64,000 nt of DNA, from assembly GCA_036517335.1 (NCBI GenBank), contig DATDWX010000033.1, positions 9 to 64,008 on the forward strand, in the 5' to 3' direction. The stretch is from Minisyncoccota bacterium (GTDB lineage: Bacteria; Patescibacteriota; Minisyncoccia; Phycocordibacterales; UBA2100). The translations under genes were made by a program, and so were the position numbers. The notes beneath the pieces were generated by a model that worked only from the letters and a program-made list of their open reading frames with translations, was not told the origin of the DNA and did not search any database. Below, in pieces: positions 18,454-28,713 of this stretch (position 1 is the stretch's first letter; each line of letters opens with the position of its first letter).

Positions 18454-21400
18454 TTACAGTGCTTTCGCTCGCTCTACGACAAAGCTGGGCTCGCCGTTTC
18501 TTTCAGAAATTCTGCCTTTCAGCATGACGCAGGTGCCGGGGGCGAGGAGGGCTTCGTGTTCTTTTAAGATGCGGGGAAACGCGACGGCTTCGATGCCACC
18601 GGAGAGGTCGGCGAGTTTGAGGAAGAGCATACGCTCGCCGTTTTTCGTTAGGATATACTGCACGCTTTCGATGAATCCGGCGATGACCGTCTCGACGCCG
18701 CGCAGATTTTCTTTGGCATGCTGGATGGTTGTTTTCTGATTCGCCAATTTTTCTTTGTGCTTATCGAGCGGGTGACCGGAAATATAGAGGCCGAGCAATT
18801 CCTTTTCCCACACCAACCGTTGATCCATCGTCGCCGGAGGTGCGGGCGGCAACTTCAGCGCCGCAGGCGCTGAAGTTGCCGCTCCGAACAAAGAACCCTG
18901 ATCGGTCGGCGCCTTCATGTGTTCGCGATGATAGGTGAGGAGCAGTTCAACGTTGGCAAAAAGCGCTCCGCGCTCTCCCAGATCATCTAATGCACCACAT
19001 TGGATCAGCGCCTCAAGGGACTTCTTGTTCAAGTTCTTATCGGGGATACGGGAGATAAAGTCGGCAATATCTTTGAACGCGCCGCCCGACTCTCTGGCGG
19101 CAATGATCGAATCCCCCACTCCTGTGCCGAAATTTTTGATGGAGTAAAGACCAAAGCGGATATTCGTCTGATCTACCACAGTAAACACGCCACCACTCTC
19201 ATTGACTGAAGGCGGCCACACGTGGATACCCATTCGTTTGCATTCCGCGACCGCTTCAGCGATTTTTTCCACGTCGCCGGCGTCAGCTGTTAGCACCGCA
19301 GCCATATAGTCCACAGGGAAGTTGGCCTTCATGTACGCCGTTTTGTACGCGAGCGAGCCGTAAGAAGCCGCATGGGCTTTGTTGAATCCGTATGCAGCGA
19401 ATGTCTCTATTTGCTCCCATAATTTTTTTGCTGCATCTGGCTTCATGCCGTTATGTATACAGCCAGTAGTAAAACGCTCTTTCTGTGCCGCCATTTCTTT
19501 CGGCACTTTCTTTCCCATTGCTTTGCGGAATTTGTCGGCCTCGCCCCATGAGTACCCTGCGAGCTGCACAGCTATCATCATCACGTCGTCCTGATAAATG
19601 AGGACGCCATACGTAGGCTTCAAGATTTCCTCCAGACGCGGATCGAGATAGCGCACGCGTGCTGGATTTTTCTTGCGCTCAATGTATTCAGGGATGAAGG
19701 CCATGGGGCCTGGCCGGTAGAGAGCGACCATCGCATTCAAGTCATGGATGACGGTCGGCTTTAGCTCTTTGAGATACGACGTCATACCGCCACCCGCCAT
19801 TTGAAAGACGCCGAGGGTTTCGCCGCGGGTGAGCATCTCGTACACTTTCCCATCGTCGAGCGGAATGCGATCGAGATCCACTTCTTGCCCGAGCCGCGCG
19901 CTCACGCGCGCGACGGAGTCGGCGAGGACCGACAGGTTGGTGAGTCCGAGGAAGTCGAATTTGAGAAGGCCCACGCCGCCATATTCGTCGGCGATAGAGT
20001 ACATGTCGTACTGGGTGATCATTTTGCCACCTTTCGGGTCCATTTGGATCGGCGAGTAGTTGACCACAGGCTCCGGCGCGAGGATCACACCCGCCGCGTG
20101 CACACCGACATGCCGCGCGTTGCCCTCTATCTTTTGCGCAAAGTCAATAATTTCTCGCGCGTCGGGATCATTCTCATACACTTGTTTGAGTTCTGGCACG
20201 CTCTCTAGTGATCCCGCAATAGAGACAGGGAAGCCCTGCTTGCCGAAGGGGATCATTTTGGCCAGAGAATCGCCCTTGCCGTAGGAGTGCCCGAGTGCTC
20301 GCGAGACATCCCGCACTGCAGCGCGCGCCATCATCGTGCCGAACGTGCCGATCTGTACCACTTTGTTCTCGCCGTACTTTTCTCGCGCGTACTCTATTAG
20401 TTCGTCGCGGCGAAAGGCGTCGATATCCATGTCGATATCCGGCGCGCTCGGCCTCTCGGGATTGAGGAAGCGCTCGAAGGGCATGTTGAACTCGAGGGGA
20501 TTGACGCTCGTGATGCCGCAGAGATAGGAGACCAAGGAGCCAGCTGCGGAGCCGCGCGTATTAGTGAAAATGCCTCTCCCCCGTGCCCACGCGAGGAGAT
20601 CAGCGACGATGAGGAAGTACGATGCGTAGCCCTTTTGCCTGATAATGTCGAGTTCATAATTGACCCGCGCCCACATCTCGTGCGATTCCGTGAGTTCGCG
20701 CTCTTTGATGCCGCGCTCAGTGAGCACTCGCAGCTCATGATCGTCCGTGGACCCTGGGGGAATGGGGAAGTTGGGAAAAATGACCTTGCCCAGCGTGAGC
20801 TTGAGGTCGCAGAGATCGGTGATTTTTTGTGCATTTTCGAGCGCCTCGGGCGTGTCGGCGAAAAGTTCAGCAGCGCGTTCGCTTGTAATGAATGAAAAAT
20901 CCGGGCCACTGCCCGCCGATTCACGATCAAGCGTACCCCCCGTGCGTATCTTGATGACGAGCTCGCGCGCGGCCGCGTCCTCTTTCTGCATATAGTAAAC
21001 GTCGTGCGCCGCCACCAATTCGACAAGCTCATGGCGAGCTAGTGTGACAATACGGCGCATCTTTTCCTCGTGTCCTTCGACTTCCGGGTGGTGGGTGATT
21101 TCGATGAAATATTTTTCTCCATACAATTTTTTGTACCACGCCAGGATTTCTTTCGCACGTTCGACATTCCCGTCCGCCAAAGCGCGGGCATGCTCACCCG
21201 AAAAGCTGGGCAGTATCGCAATCAATCCATCGCGGTGTTGCTCCATCAATTCCCTATCAATGCGCGGGCGATAATAAAATCCTTCGAGATACGATTTTGA
21301 TACGAGCTGGAGAAGATTGTGATACCCCGCCTCATTCGCCGCGAGCAACACAAGCCGCGAGTGTCTATCGTCCACCCGGTGCTCTTTATCGCGCCGCGTG

Positions 21401-21645
21401 CGCGGCGCAACATAAAAATCCACGCCGATGATGGGCTTGATTTTCTGCTCCTTGCACTCTTTGTAGAATTCAATGGCGCCGTACAGATTGCCATTATCCG
21501 TCAAAGCCAAAGCCGTTTGTCCATCAGCTTTGGCCGCCGCAACCAGCTCCGGAATTTTCGGCAGCGCTTCGAGCAAGGAATAATGCGAATGGACATGCAA
21601 ATGGACAAAGCCGCGCGCGCTCATGCCAGCAGTATAGCTCATCGA
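18454..21645 (-). CDS. dnaE: DNA polymerase III alpha subunit (compact, about 1064 aa)
   Basis: PHP domain (FVHLHVHSHYSLLEA), palm/fingers (GVHAAGVI, FDFLGL) and a C-terminal OB fold. Confidence 0.9.
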   Translation of the reverse strand, partial: SMSYTAGMSARGFVHLHVHSHYSLLEALPKIPELVAAAKADGQTALALTDNGNLYGAIEFYKECKEQKIKPIIGVDFYVAPRTRRDKEHRVDDRHSRLVLLAANEAGYHNLLQLVSKSYLEGFYYRPRIDRELMEQHRDGLIAILPSFSGEHARALADGNVERAKEILAWYKKLYGEKYFIEITHHPEVEGHEEKMRRIVTLARHELVELVAAHDVYYMQKEDAAARELVIKIRTGGTLDRESAGSGPDFSFITSERAAELFADTPEALENAQKITDLCDLKLTLGKVIFPNFPIPPGSTDDHELRVLTERGIKERELTESHEMWARVNYELDIIRQKGYASYFLIVADLLAWARGRGIFTNTRGSAAGSLVSYLCGITSVNPLEFNMPFERFLNPERPSAPDIDMDIDAFRRDELIEYAREKYGENKVVQIGTFGTMMARAAVRDVSRALGHSYGKGDSLAKMIPFGKQGFPVSIAGSLESVPELKQVYENDPDAREIIDFAQKIEGNARHVGVHAAGVILAPEPVVNYSPIQMDPKGGKMITQYDMYSIADEYGGVGLLKFDFLGLTNLSVLADSVARVSARLGQEVDLDRIPLDDGKVYEMLTRGETLGVFQMAGGGMTSYLKELKPTVIHDLNAMVALYRPGPMAFIPEYIERKKNPARVRYLDPRLEEILKPTYGVLIYQDDVMMIAVQLAGYSWGEADKFRKAMGKKVPKEMAAQKERFTTGCIHNGMKPDAAKKLWEQIETFAAYGFNKAHAASYGSLAYKTAYMKANFPVDYMAAVLTADAGDVEKIAEAVAECKRMGIHVWPPSVNESGGVFTVVDQTNIRFGLYSIKNFGTGVGDSIIAARESGGAFKDIADFISRIPDKNLNKKSLEALIQCGALDDLGERGALFANVELLLTYHREHMKAPTDQGSLFGAATSAPAALKLPPAPPATMDQRLVWEKELLGLYISGHPLDKHKEKLANQKTTIQHAKENLRGVETVIAGFIESVQYILTKNGERMLFLKLADLSGGIEAVAFPRILKEHEALLAPGTCVMLKGRISERNGEPSFVVERAKAL

Positions 21646-21722
21646 CATTACTCGATTTTTCTTGCAGCGTGGTTCGCGAGCAGCCTCCTTCATTTTGCCT
21701 GCCTGCCAGTGGGCAGGATACT

Positions 21723-22337
21723 ATGGAACAGATGAAATACCTCATCGGCATCGACGAGGCGGGGCGGGGGCCTTTGGCTGGGCCGGTTGCCGTGGGGGCG
21801 GTTGTTGTTCCTCGGAATTTTGATTGGAAGCTCGTCGCTGGTGCCAAGGATTCCAAGCAGATGACCCCGGCGGGGCGGGAGAGCTTGTACTCCACGATGA
21901 GCGAATTGCGCAAGGAGGGAAAACTCGATTTTGTCGTTGCATTTTCCTACCCAGCCATGATTGATCGGCAGGGCATTGTTCCGGCGATCCAAAGCGCCCT
22001 CAACCGAGCCCTGAGCAAAATTCAAGAGGCGTCGCCTCTTGAATGCGAGGTGCGGCTCGACGGGAATCTCAAGGCTCCCTCCGAGTTCGTTCATCAAACC
22101 ACTATCATCCGCGGCGACGAGTCGGAGTCTGTCATTTCCCTAGCCTCGATCGCTGCCAAGGTGGAGCGTGATCTCCTGATGGCGCGGCTTGCTACGAAGT
22201 ATCCGGCGTACAGATTTGAAAAACACAAGGGGTACGGCACCGCAGAGCACAGGCGGAACATCCGGGAGTTTGGGCTCTGCAAAATTCACCGGGCCACATT
22301 TTGCACACGTTTGCTTCTTGGCTCAAATGCAGTATAA
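21723..22337 (+). CDS. rnhB: Ribonuclease HII
   Basis: IGIDEAGRGPLAGPV, DSKQ, the LDGN..., KGY motifs. Confidence 0.85.
   Translation: MEQMKYLIGIDEAGRGPLAGPVAVGAVVVPRNFDWKLVAGAKDSKQMTPAGRESLYSTMSELRKEGKLDFVVAFSYPAMIDRQGIVPAIQSALNRALSKIQEASPLECEVRLDGNLKAPSEFVHQTTIIRGDESESVISLASIAAKVERDLLMARLATKYPAYRFEKHKGYGTAEHRRNIREFGLCKIHRATFCTRLLLGSNAV
22020..22044. repeat. 25-bp perfect palindrome ATTCAAGAGGCGTCGCCTCTTGAAT in frame in rnhB (encodes KIQEASPLE)
   Basis: Exact palindrome. Same family and same coding phase as the gyrB and tsaD copies. Confidence 0.8.
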
Positions 22338-22345
22338 TCGCGGCG

Positions 22346-22612
22346 ATGGTAGTACGAATGCGGGCCAATCGCTCGAAGACTGGTATGCGCCGCTCCCATG
22401 CGGCTGTTTTGGCCAGTCGGGCAGCTCTGTGCAGCTGCGGCGCTTTGCGCCTCGCACACCGCGCGTGTCCTTCATGCGGAAAATACAATGGCAGGGTTAT
22501 CATTGATATTGTGGCACGCACCAAGCGTGATCAGCGTCGCACCAAACGGCGCGAAAAGGCGCTGCGCGAGAGCGGTCAGATTACAGAATCTAAAGAACAA
22601 GTAAAAACCTGA
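22346..22612 (+). CDS. rpmF: 50S ribosomal protein L32 with a basic C-terminal extension
   Basis: MVVRMRANRSKTGMRRSHAA...CPSCG zinc-ribbon. Confidence 0.7.
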   Translation: MVVRMRANRSKTGMRRSHAAVLASRAALCSCGALRLAHRACPSCGKYNGRVIIDIVARTKRDQRRTKRREKALRESGQITESKEQVKT

Positions 22613-22677
22613 TATCCACATGATTGTCCGTTGCTCTTTCTGTTTGCTGTAAACTGTTCACTGTTCACTTGCTCTTT

Positions 22678-23757
22678 ATGTCCAACAGACACCTCGCTCG
22701 CTCCGTCGTCCTCCAAGTCCTCTTTGAGAGGGATCAATCCGCCAGCACCAAGAGTCTCGATGAATGCATCGGCCGCCTCGCAGAGTATGCGAGCGAATTT
22801 GGAGCGCGCGAGAGCGACATGCCGTTTATGAAGCAATTACTCCAAACGGCAATCGCGAAACAAAAAGAAATAGACGAAGTGATCATAAAAGCGGCGCCTG
22901 AGTGGCCGCTCGAAAGAATAGCCGCGATCGATCGCAATATCTTGCGGGTCGGGCTCACGGAGCTCCTCTTCGCCGACCGCGCGCACGTACCGGCGAAAGT
23001 GGCGATCAACGAAGCGATCGAGCTCGCCAAATCATTCGGTGGTAGCTCCTCTAGCAGGTTTGTCAACGGCGTCCTCGGAGCCGTGTATATTGAGCTTGGC
23101 GAGCCTGGTAAGGACGAAGGTACGGCGCGTAAAAAAGGTGGGACAAATCCGAGCAAAATGCCGACCGAGCATTTGGCTGGCGCGGTCGTGTACGCGCGGA
23201 GCGAAGGTGAGACATATCTGGCTTTCGTACACGATATTTTTGGACACTGGACCATCTCGAAAGGCAAAATAGAGAATGGGGAAGACGTAGCGGCGGGAGC
23301 CATTCGCGAGATCAAAGAGGAAATGGGGCTCGATATGAAGATCGTGCAAGAATTGGGGGTCAATGAATACATCGCCAACGATTCCAAGATCGAGGGTGGC
23401 AAAAAGCGGAAACGCGTGACCTATTTTTTGGCGGAGTCACCATTCTCCGAGCTCCGGCTCGGGCCCTCGGGCGGCCTCGACGACGCCCAGTGGTTTCCGC
23501 TCTCCTCGGTGGGTGATCTCAATTTCTATGACGATACGCTCAAGATCATCATTCCGGCTATTAATGCGCTTGCTCGTAGGAGCGATGATCCTCAAGTGCA
23601 GAAAGAGCGGGAGCAGAAAAAAGAAGATCAAGAGCGCATTGAAAATCAGAAGCGATTGGAAGACGAAGAGGAGGTAGAGGAAGAGGAAAAAACGGAAAAC
23701 CGCGAGGAGACCGTAGAATCAAGAGTAGAAAGGAGAGGGGGGAGGAGGAGGCGTTGA
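22678..23757 (+). CDS. Fusion of a NusB-like antitermination domain, a NUDIX hydrolase and an acidic/basic low-complexity tail
   Basis: N-terminal NusB family (HLARSVVLQVLFE...PAKVAINEAIELAK). NUDIX box GKIENGEDVAAGAIREIKEEMGL. C-terminal EDEEEVEEEEK...RRGGRRRR. Confidence 0.7.
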   Translation: MSNRHLARSVVLQVLFERDQSASTKSLDECIGRLAEYASEFGARESDMPFMKQLLQTAIAKQKEIDEVIIKAAPEWPLERIAAIDRNILRVGLTELLFADRAHVPAKVAINEAIELAKSFGGSSSSRFVNGVLGAVYIELGEPGKDEGTARKKGGTNPSKMPTEHLAGAVVYARSEGETYLAFVHDIFGHWTISKGKIENGEDVAAGAIREIKEEMGLDMKIVQELGVNEYIANDSKIEGGKKRKRVTYFLAESPFSELRLGPSGGLDDAQWFPLSSVGDLNFYDDTLKIIIPAINALARRSDDPQVQKEREQKKEDQERIENQKRLEDEEEVEEEEKTENREETVESRVERRGGRRRR

Positions 23758-23777
23758 AGTGAGACGTTCTTTTTGCT

Positions 23778-24464
23778 ATGGATTTCAAACCGTTTGAAAA
23801 AAAAATTGGCCGGAAGTTTAAGGATAAAGGTTTGCTGGAACAAGCCTTCACGCACCGCTCCTACCTCAATGAGAATCGGCAATCCGGCCGTGAGCATAAT
23901 GAGCGTCTCGAATTTTTGGGCGATGCGGTGCTTGAGCTAGTCGTGACGGAATTCTTGTTTGCGAAGTATCCCGAAAAGGCAGAAGGGGAATTGACCGCAG
24001 TGCGCGCGGCACTGGTCAACACCACATCTATATCGGCCGCGGCTGTGGCGCTCGGTATGAATGAGTACCTCTTACTCTCCCGTGGCGAAGCCAAGGACAC
24101 CGGCCGCGCGCGCGCCATCATTCTCGCGAATGCCTTCGAGGCGCTTATCGGTGCCATTTATCTCGATGCCGGTTACAAGCCTGCAAGGGACTTCATCGCC
24201 GAGCAGCTCTTCGGCATGGCCGACGAAGTGGTAGCAAAAAAATTGTGGCAGGATGGGAAGAGCAAATTCCAAGAGCTCGCGCAAGAGAAAACCGGCATTA
24301 CGCCGTCGTACCAAATGCTCCAGCAGTCGGGGCCCGATCATGACAAACGATTTGTGGTGGGCGTCTTCATCGGGCAAGAAAAGGTAGCCCAAGGCGATGG
24401 CCGCTCCAAGCAAGAGGCGGAGCAGGCTGCCGCAGAGAAAGGCCTTGCAGCAAAAGGCTGGTAA
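23778..24464 (+). CDS. rnc: Ribonuclease III
   Basis: ERLEFLGDAVLELVV signature and a C-terminal dsRBD. Confidence 0.9.
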   Translation: MDFKPFEKKIGRKFKDKGLLEQAFTHRSYLNENRQSGREHNERLEFLGDAVLELVVTEFLFAKYPEKAEGELTAVRAALVNTTSISAAAVALGMNEYLLLSRGEAKDTGRARAIILANAFEALIGAIYLDAGYKPARDFIAEQLFGMADEVVAKKLWQDGKSKFQELAQEKTGITPSYQMLQQSGPDHDKRFVVGVFIGQEKVAQGDGRSKQEAEQAAAEKGLAAKGW

Positions 24465-24475
24465 AATAAAGAGCG

Positions 24476-26671
24476 ATGTATCTAAAGTCGATAGAGCTCG
24501 CGGGGTTTAAATCATTTGGGAAGAAGACCGAACTGGTTTTTGGCAGCGCTATTGCCGCGATCGTGGGGCCCAACGGGAGTGGCAAGAGCAATGTGGCTGA
24601 TGGTTTCCGATTTGTACTTGGCGAGCAGTCTATGAAGAGCATGCGTGGCAAGCGCGGCGAGGACATGATATGGGGTGGCTCACCTGCGCTTGCACGCATG
24701 AATAGGGCGTCGGTCAAATTGGTATTCGATAATTCAAAGCGACTGCTTGATATTGATTTCAAAGAAGTAGTGATTGAGCGCGTGGTGTATCGCGACGGGC
24801 AGAATGAATACGTGCTGAACGGCACCGTTGTACGGCTCAAAGACGTGATACGACTCTTGGCGGGAGCCAATATCGGCGGCTCGGGATACCAGATCATCTC
24901 GCAGGGTGAAGCCGATCGGATATTAAATGCGTCGCCCAAAGAACGGCGCGAGATGGTGGAAGATGCGCTGGGATTAAAATTGTACCAGCACAAAAAAGCC
25001 GAGAGCGAGAGAAAGCTCGAGGAGACGGCGGTCAATATCGACAAGACAAAATCGCTCCGGCGCGAGATCGCACCTCATATCCATTTTCTGCGCGTGCAAG
25101 TGGAAAAAATCGAGAAAGCGCGGGAAATGAAAGAAGAACTGGCTGCGAAATTGGCCGAGTACCTCGCGCGTGAGGATGCGTGGATCACAGCGGAAAACGC
25201 GCGGCTCCTGCAAGACGCACATGCACATGAAGAAGAGATCGCGGGGCTCAAACTGCGGCTCTTGGATACGCGATCCACCAGCAGTGGGGGCTACACTACA
25301 CGGGTTACTGATCTCCAAGTGAGTTTGAATGACGCGGAAGCGAAAGCGAGTGTGCTGCGCAGAGAAAGTGCTGAATTATCGCGCGATTTGGGGCGCGCCG
25401 AGGGCGCGCTTGAGGCCAATACGGTGACGGTGGAGCAGATCGTGGCTGTGCCGCATGTGCGACAATTTGCACGGGAGATCGAGGGAGTGCTCGCCGAAGC
25501 AGAAAAAGGTGAAGATGTTGTGGCGCTCCGGGGCGTTCTTATGCATGTGCGAGGGCGCATCCGTTCGTTCGTCGAGGGTTTGACGGGCGCTGCACCCGTC
25601 ACTTCGCACGAAGCGAAAGCGCACGTGGATGAGCTGGGCGCGAAACTCGAAAGGAAGCGCAAAGAGGAAGAAGTGTCGGCGGAAGCGATTGTCCAGCTTC
25701 GCAAAGAGATCGCGCATGCCCGCGAAGCGGGATTTGCCGCTCAGCGCGATGTTGTCGAGCTCGAAGGGCAGATTCGTGCCTTGCAGGCTACGCTCGCCTC
25801 GGTGAATACTGCGCGCGCTGGTGTGGCTGCGCTGCGCACCAGATTTGAGGAGGAAGTACGGGAGGGGATTGTGCTCTTGGGCGCGGCCATACACAACTGG
25901 AAAAGGGAGCAGATGCCGCAGGGTGCGCTCTCCGAAGACCGAAATGAACAGGAGAAGCGGAGGCGCGCGATCGAGCGGCTCAAGATCAAGATCGAAGAGT
26001 CGGGGATCGGCAACGGCGACGCAGTGGTGAAAGAATTTACACAGACAAAAGAGCGCGACGAATTTCTGGCACGCGAATTAGCCGATCTCGAGGCATCTGC
26101 CAAATCACTGAAAGACATGATTGCCGATCTCGAAAAAACTATCGATGAGCGGTTCAAAGAAGGCCTCCACCTCATCAACGCGGCCCTCAAGGAATTCTTC
26201 GCCAAGCTCTTTGGGGGTGGAGAGGCCAAGCTCACCATTGAGACGCCTCGGCGCTCGAAGCAAGATCTTGATGAAGGGGAAGAAAGGGAGGAATGGGAGG
26301 AAAGGGACGAATTATACGCGGGCCTCTCCGTATCTGTGCATCTGCCACGGAAGAAAGTGCACGGATTGGAAGTGCTCTCCGGCGGCGAGCGCGCGCTCAC
26401 CTCGATTGCCCTCATCTTTTCCATGAGCCAGGTGAATCCCCCGCCATTTCTTATTCTCGATGAGACCGATGCTGCGCTCGACGAGGCCAATAGCAAACGC
26501 TACGCCGACATGATCGAAGGCTTAGGCAAGAAGAGCCAACTCATCGTCATCACCCACAATAGGGCCACCATGGCCGCCGCGGGCGAGCTCTACGGAGTCA
26601 CGATGGGGCAGGATGGGGTTTCCAAATTGTTGTCGGTCAAACTGGAGGAAGCAGAGCGGGTAGCAAAGTAG
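24476..26671 (+). CDS. smc: SMC-family ATPase, unusually short (731 aa) with no recognisable hinge
   Basis: Walker A GPNGSGKSN, C-terminal LSGGERALTSIAL signature and Walker B LILDETDAALD. Canonical rnc-smc synteny. Confidence 0.75.
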   Translation: MYLKSIELAGFKSFGKKTELVFGSAIAAIVGPNGSGKSNVADGFRFVLGEQSMKSMRGKRGEDMIWGGSPALARMNRASVKLVFDNSKRLLDIDFKEVVIERVVYRDGQNEYVLNGTVVRLKDVIRLLAGANIGGSGYQIISQGEADRILNASPKERREMVEDALGLKLYQHKKAESERKLEETAVNIDKTKSLRREIAPHIHFLRVQVEKIEKAREMKEELAAKLAEYLAREDAWITAENARLLQDAHAHEEEIAGLKLRLLDTRSTSSGGYTTRVTDLQVSLNDAEAKASVLRRESAELSRDLGRAEGALEANTVTVEQIVAVPHVRQFAREIEGVLAEAEKGEDVVALRGVLMHVRGRIRSFVEGLTGAAPVTSHEAKAHVDELGAKLERKRKEEEVSAEAIVQLRKEIAHAREAGFAAQRDVVELEGQIRALQATLASVNTARAGVAALRTRFEEEVREGIVLLGAAIHNWKREQMPQGALSEDRNEQEKRRRAIERLKIKIEESGIGNGDAVVKEFTQTKERDEFLARELADLEASAKSLKDMIADLEKTIDERFKEGLHLINAALKEFFAKLFGGGEAKLTIETPRRSKQDLDEGEEREEWEERDELYAGLSVSVHLPRKKVHGLEVLSGGERALTSIALIFSMSQVNPPPFLILDETDAALDEANSKRYADMIEGLGKKSQLIVITHNRATMAAAGELYGVTMGQDGVSKLLSVKLEEAERVAK

Positions 26672-26725
26672 TTGCTTTCTATAAAGTTCAAGTATAGAGT
26701 CCTTCTTCAGAAGAGGGAGGTGCAC

Positions 26726-27049
26726 ATGGCCGACATTTCCGCAAGGGCCGGGGGATATTGGCTCCTGGCGACGCAAGGCGATCCCCTCGGAGCAAAGACT
26801 TTGGGCGTATACTTGTTGAACCCGACCAAGCTAGTGTACGTGGTATGGTTTAGGCGCAAACATCCGGTGATACCCTGGAATTTGGTACCGATCGCCGAGT
26901 ATGGCACTGAGCCGTACATTATCGATGGGGCCCTAACGAGCAATTTCCGGAGCGTCAAGGACGTTTATAAATTCGGTTCGGATTCGGAGGTGCGCGAAGC
27001 CGTTCTCAACGCTCGCATAACCATCAAAGGCACCTCTATTCTTGACTAG
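26726..27049 (+). CDS. Hypothetical protein
   Basis: ORF only. Confidence 0.3.
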   Translation: MADISARAGGYWLLATQGDPLGAKTLGVYLLNPTKLVYVVWFRRKHPVIPWNLVPIAEYGTEPYIIDGALTSNFRSVKDVYKFGSDSEVREAVLNARITIKGTSILD

Positions 27050-27119
27050 TGCAAGACTGGCCGGCGTGGGAATCCTCCTGCTTGAAACTTTATAGATTCC
27101 TGATACAGTGCTCCGACAT

Positions 27120-27578
27120 ATGTTGAAAATCCGGATGCAGCGGACAGGGCGTATTAATATGCCCTCGTATCGCATTGTCGTCATCGAGCACGCCCGGAGC
27201 CCCCAAGCAGGCAAATACCTCGAGCGGCTAGGCTCTTACGACCCCAAGAGCAAACAGCGCGTCCTCTCCGAAGAGCGCATCAAATACTGGATGTCGGTCG
27301 GTGCCAAGCCCTCGGACACGGTACATAATATGCTCGTCTCCGCCGGTATTTTGAGTGCTAAAAAGATCAATGTGTTGCCGGCGTTTAAGGCGCCAACGAA
27401 ACCCGCCGACGCGGAAGGCTCTGGCGTGGCGAAGGAAGAATCCGCTGTCGAAATACCCGTCGAAGCCGCGCTTGCGATCGAGGCAGCCGCTTCCGTCGAA
27501 GACTCCGGCGAGCCGAAGGCTGGCGAAGCGCCTGCGGAAGCCGCTCCCGAGCCATCCCCCGAAAAAGTCACAGAGTAG
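27120..27578 (+). CDS. rpsP: 30S ribosomal protein S16 with an Ala/Glu/Pro-rich C-terminal extension
   Basis: MLKIRMQRTGRINMPSYRIVV... Confidence 0.85.
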   Translation: MLKIRMQRTGRINMPSYRIVVIEHARSPQAGKYLERLGSYDPKSKQRVLSEERIKYWMSVGAKPSDTVHNMLVSAGILSAKKINVLPAFKAPTKPADAEGSGVAKEESAVEIPVEAALAIEAAASVEDSGEPKAGEAPAEAAPEPSPEKVTE

Positions 27579-27616
27579 TTGACACTTTCTTCATACCCAA
27601 GCAAACTGCTCATAAT

Positions 27617-27991
27617 ATGGAACAAGATCAGACATTTCTGGAATACGTGGTCAAAGCGCTGGTAGACAACCCGGTGGATGTGAAGATCGTGCGCACGCTC
27701 GACGAGATGGGAGTCTTGCTCACACTCACGGTGCACAAAGATGACATGGGCAAGGTCATCGGCCGCTCGGGTGCCACCGCCAAGGCCATCCGCACCATCC
27801 TGCGCGTGGTGGGTATGAAGCACGATGCGCGTGTAAATCTCAAGATAGAAGAGCCGGAAGGCAGCGAGCCCCGTGAGGCTCGTAGTATGACCGGCGAGCG
27901 CACGAGCACCGTCACTATGGAAAGGCCACCACGCGCTGCCTCGCGCGATCGCTCGGTGGACGATGTCATTGATGAGTTGAAGACAGATTGA
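27617..27991 (+). CDS. KH-domain RNA-binding protein (YlqC/UPF0109-like) with a C-terminal extension
   Basis: VKIVRTLDEMGVLLTLTVHKDDMGKVIGRSGATAKAIRTIL. Conserved position between rpsP and trmD. Confidence 0.7.
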   Translation: MEQDQTFLEYVVKALVDNPVDVKIVRTLDEMGVLLTLTVHKDDMGKVIGRSGATAKAIRTILRVVGMKHDARVNLKIEEPEGSEPREARSMTGERTSTVTMERPPRAASRDRSVDDVIDELKTD

Positions 27992-28665
27992 TGTTGCATT
28001 TTCACGTCATTACTCTCTTTCCTGAATCAATCGAGCCATACCTGAAAAGCTCGATCATCGGCCGCGCGCAGCAAGCGAAGAAAATTAAGATTTCTTATTA
28101 CGATCCGAAGAAGTTCACTCGCGACAAATACGGCAGGGTAGATCGCCGCCCGTATGGAGGAGGGCCGGGGATGGTGTTGGAAGCTGATGCAATGCTCCGC
28201 GCGGTTGATGCCGCTCTCAAAAAAGGTAAAAAGCCGCAAGGCGACACCTTGCTGGTTTTCTTCTCGACTGACGGGAAACAGTTTGATGAAGCGATGGCAA
28301 AGAAAATGGCAGGAAATTCGAGAGGTGTCGCCTCTCGGAAACACATCGTACTGATCTGCGGGCATTATGAGGGGGTGGATGCGCGAGTGCAGAAAATACT
28401 CAGGGCGAAGAAAGTTTCCGTGGGACCGTATGTGCTCACGGGTGGAGAATTACCGGCGGCAACGGTGATAGACGCCGTAGCCCGCTTCGTACCGGGCGTA
28501 CTCGGAAAGAGCGAATCCCTCGAAGCCTCTCGAGTCTCCAGCCCGGAGGTCTACACGCGCCCGGAAATCTTGGTATGGAAAAAGAAAAAGTATCGCGTAC
28601 CAAAAGTTCTCCTCACTGGCCATCATGCGAAGATCGAAGAGTGGAAAAAGAAACGACGGAAATAG
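27988..28665 (+). CDS. trmD: tRNA (guanine37-N1)-methyltransferase
   Basis: HFHVITLFPE...YGGGPGMVL...ICGHYEGVDARV. Confidence 0.9.
   Translation: MMLHFHVITLFPESIEPYLKSSIIGRAQQAKKIKISYYDPKKFTRDKYGRVDRRPYGGGPGMVLEADAMLRAVDAALKKGKKPQGDTLLVFFSTDGKQFDEAMAKKMAGNSRGVASRKHIVLICGHYEGVDARVQKILRAKKVSVGPYVLTGGELPAATVIDAVARFVPGVLGKSESLEASRVSSPEVYTRPEILVWKKKKYRVPKVLLTGHHAKIEEWKKKRRK
28317..28340. repeat. 24-bp palindrome TTCGAGAGGTGTCGCCTCTCGGAA in frame in trmD (encodes NSRGVASRK, about an 8-aa insertion relative to the E. coli TrmD)
   Basis: Inverted repeat with 7-9 bp arms. A divergent member of the TTCAAGAGGCG family, in a different coding phase. Confidence 0.6.
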
Positions 28666-28713
28666 TTCGATATGACAGCATAACTCGCACCTGCGTATAA
28701 AAGTGTCATATCG

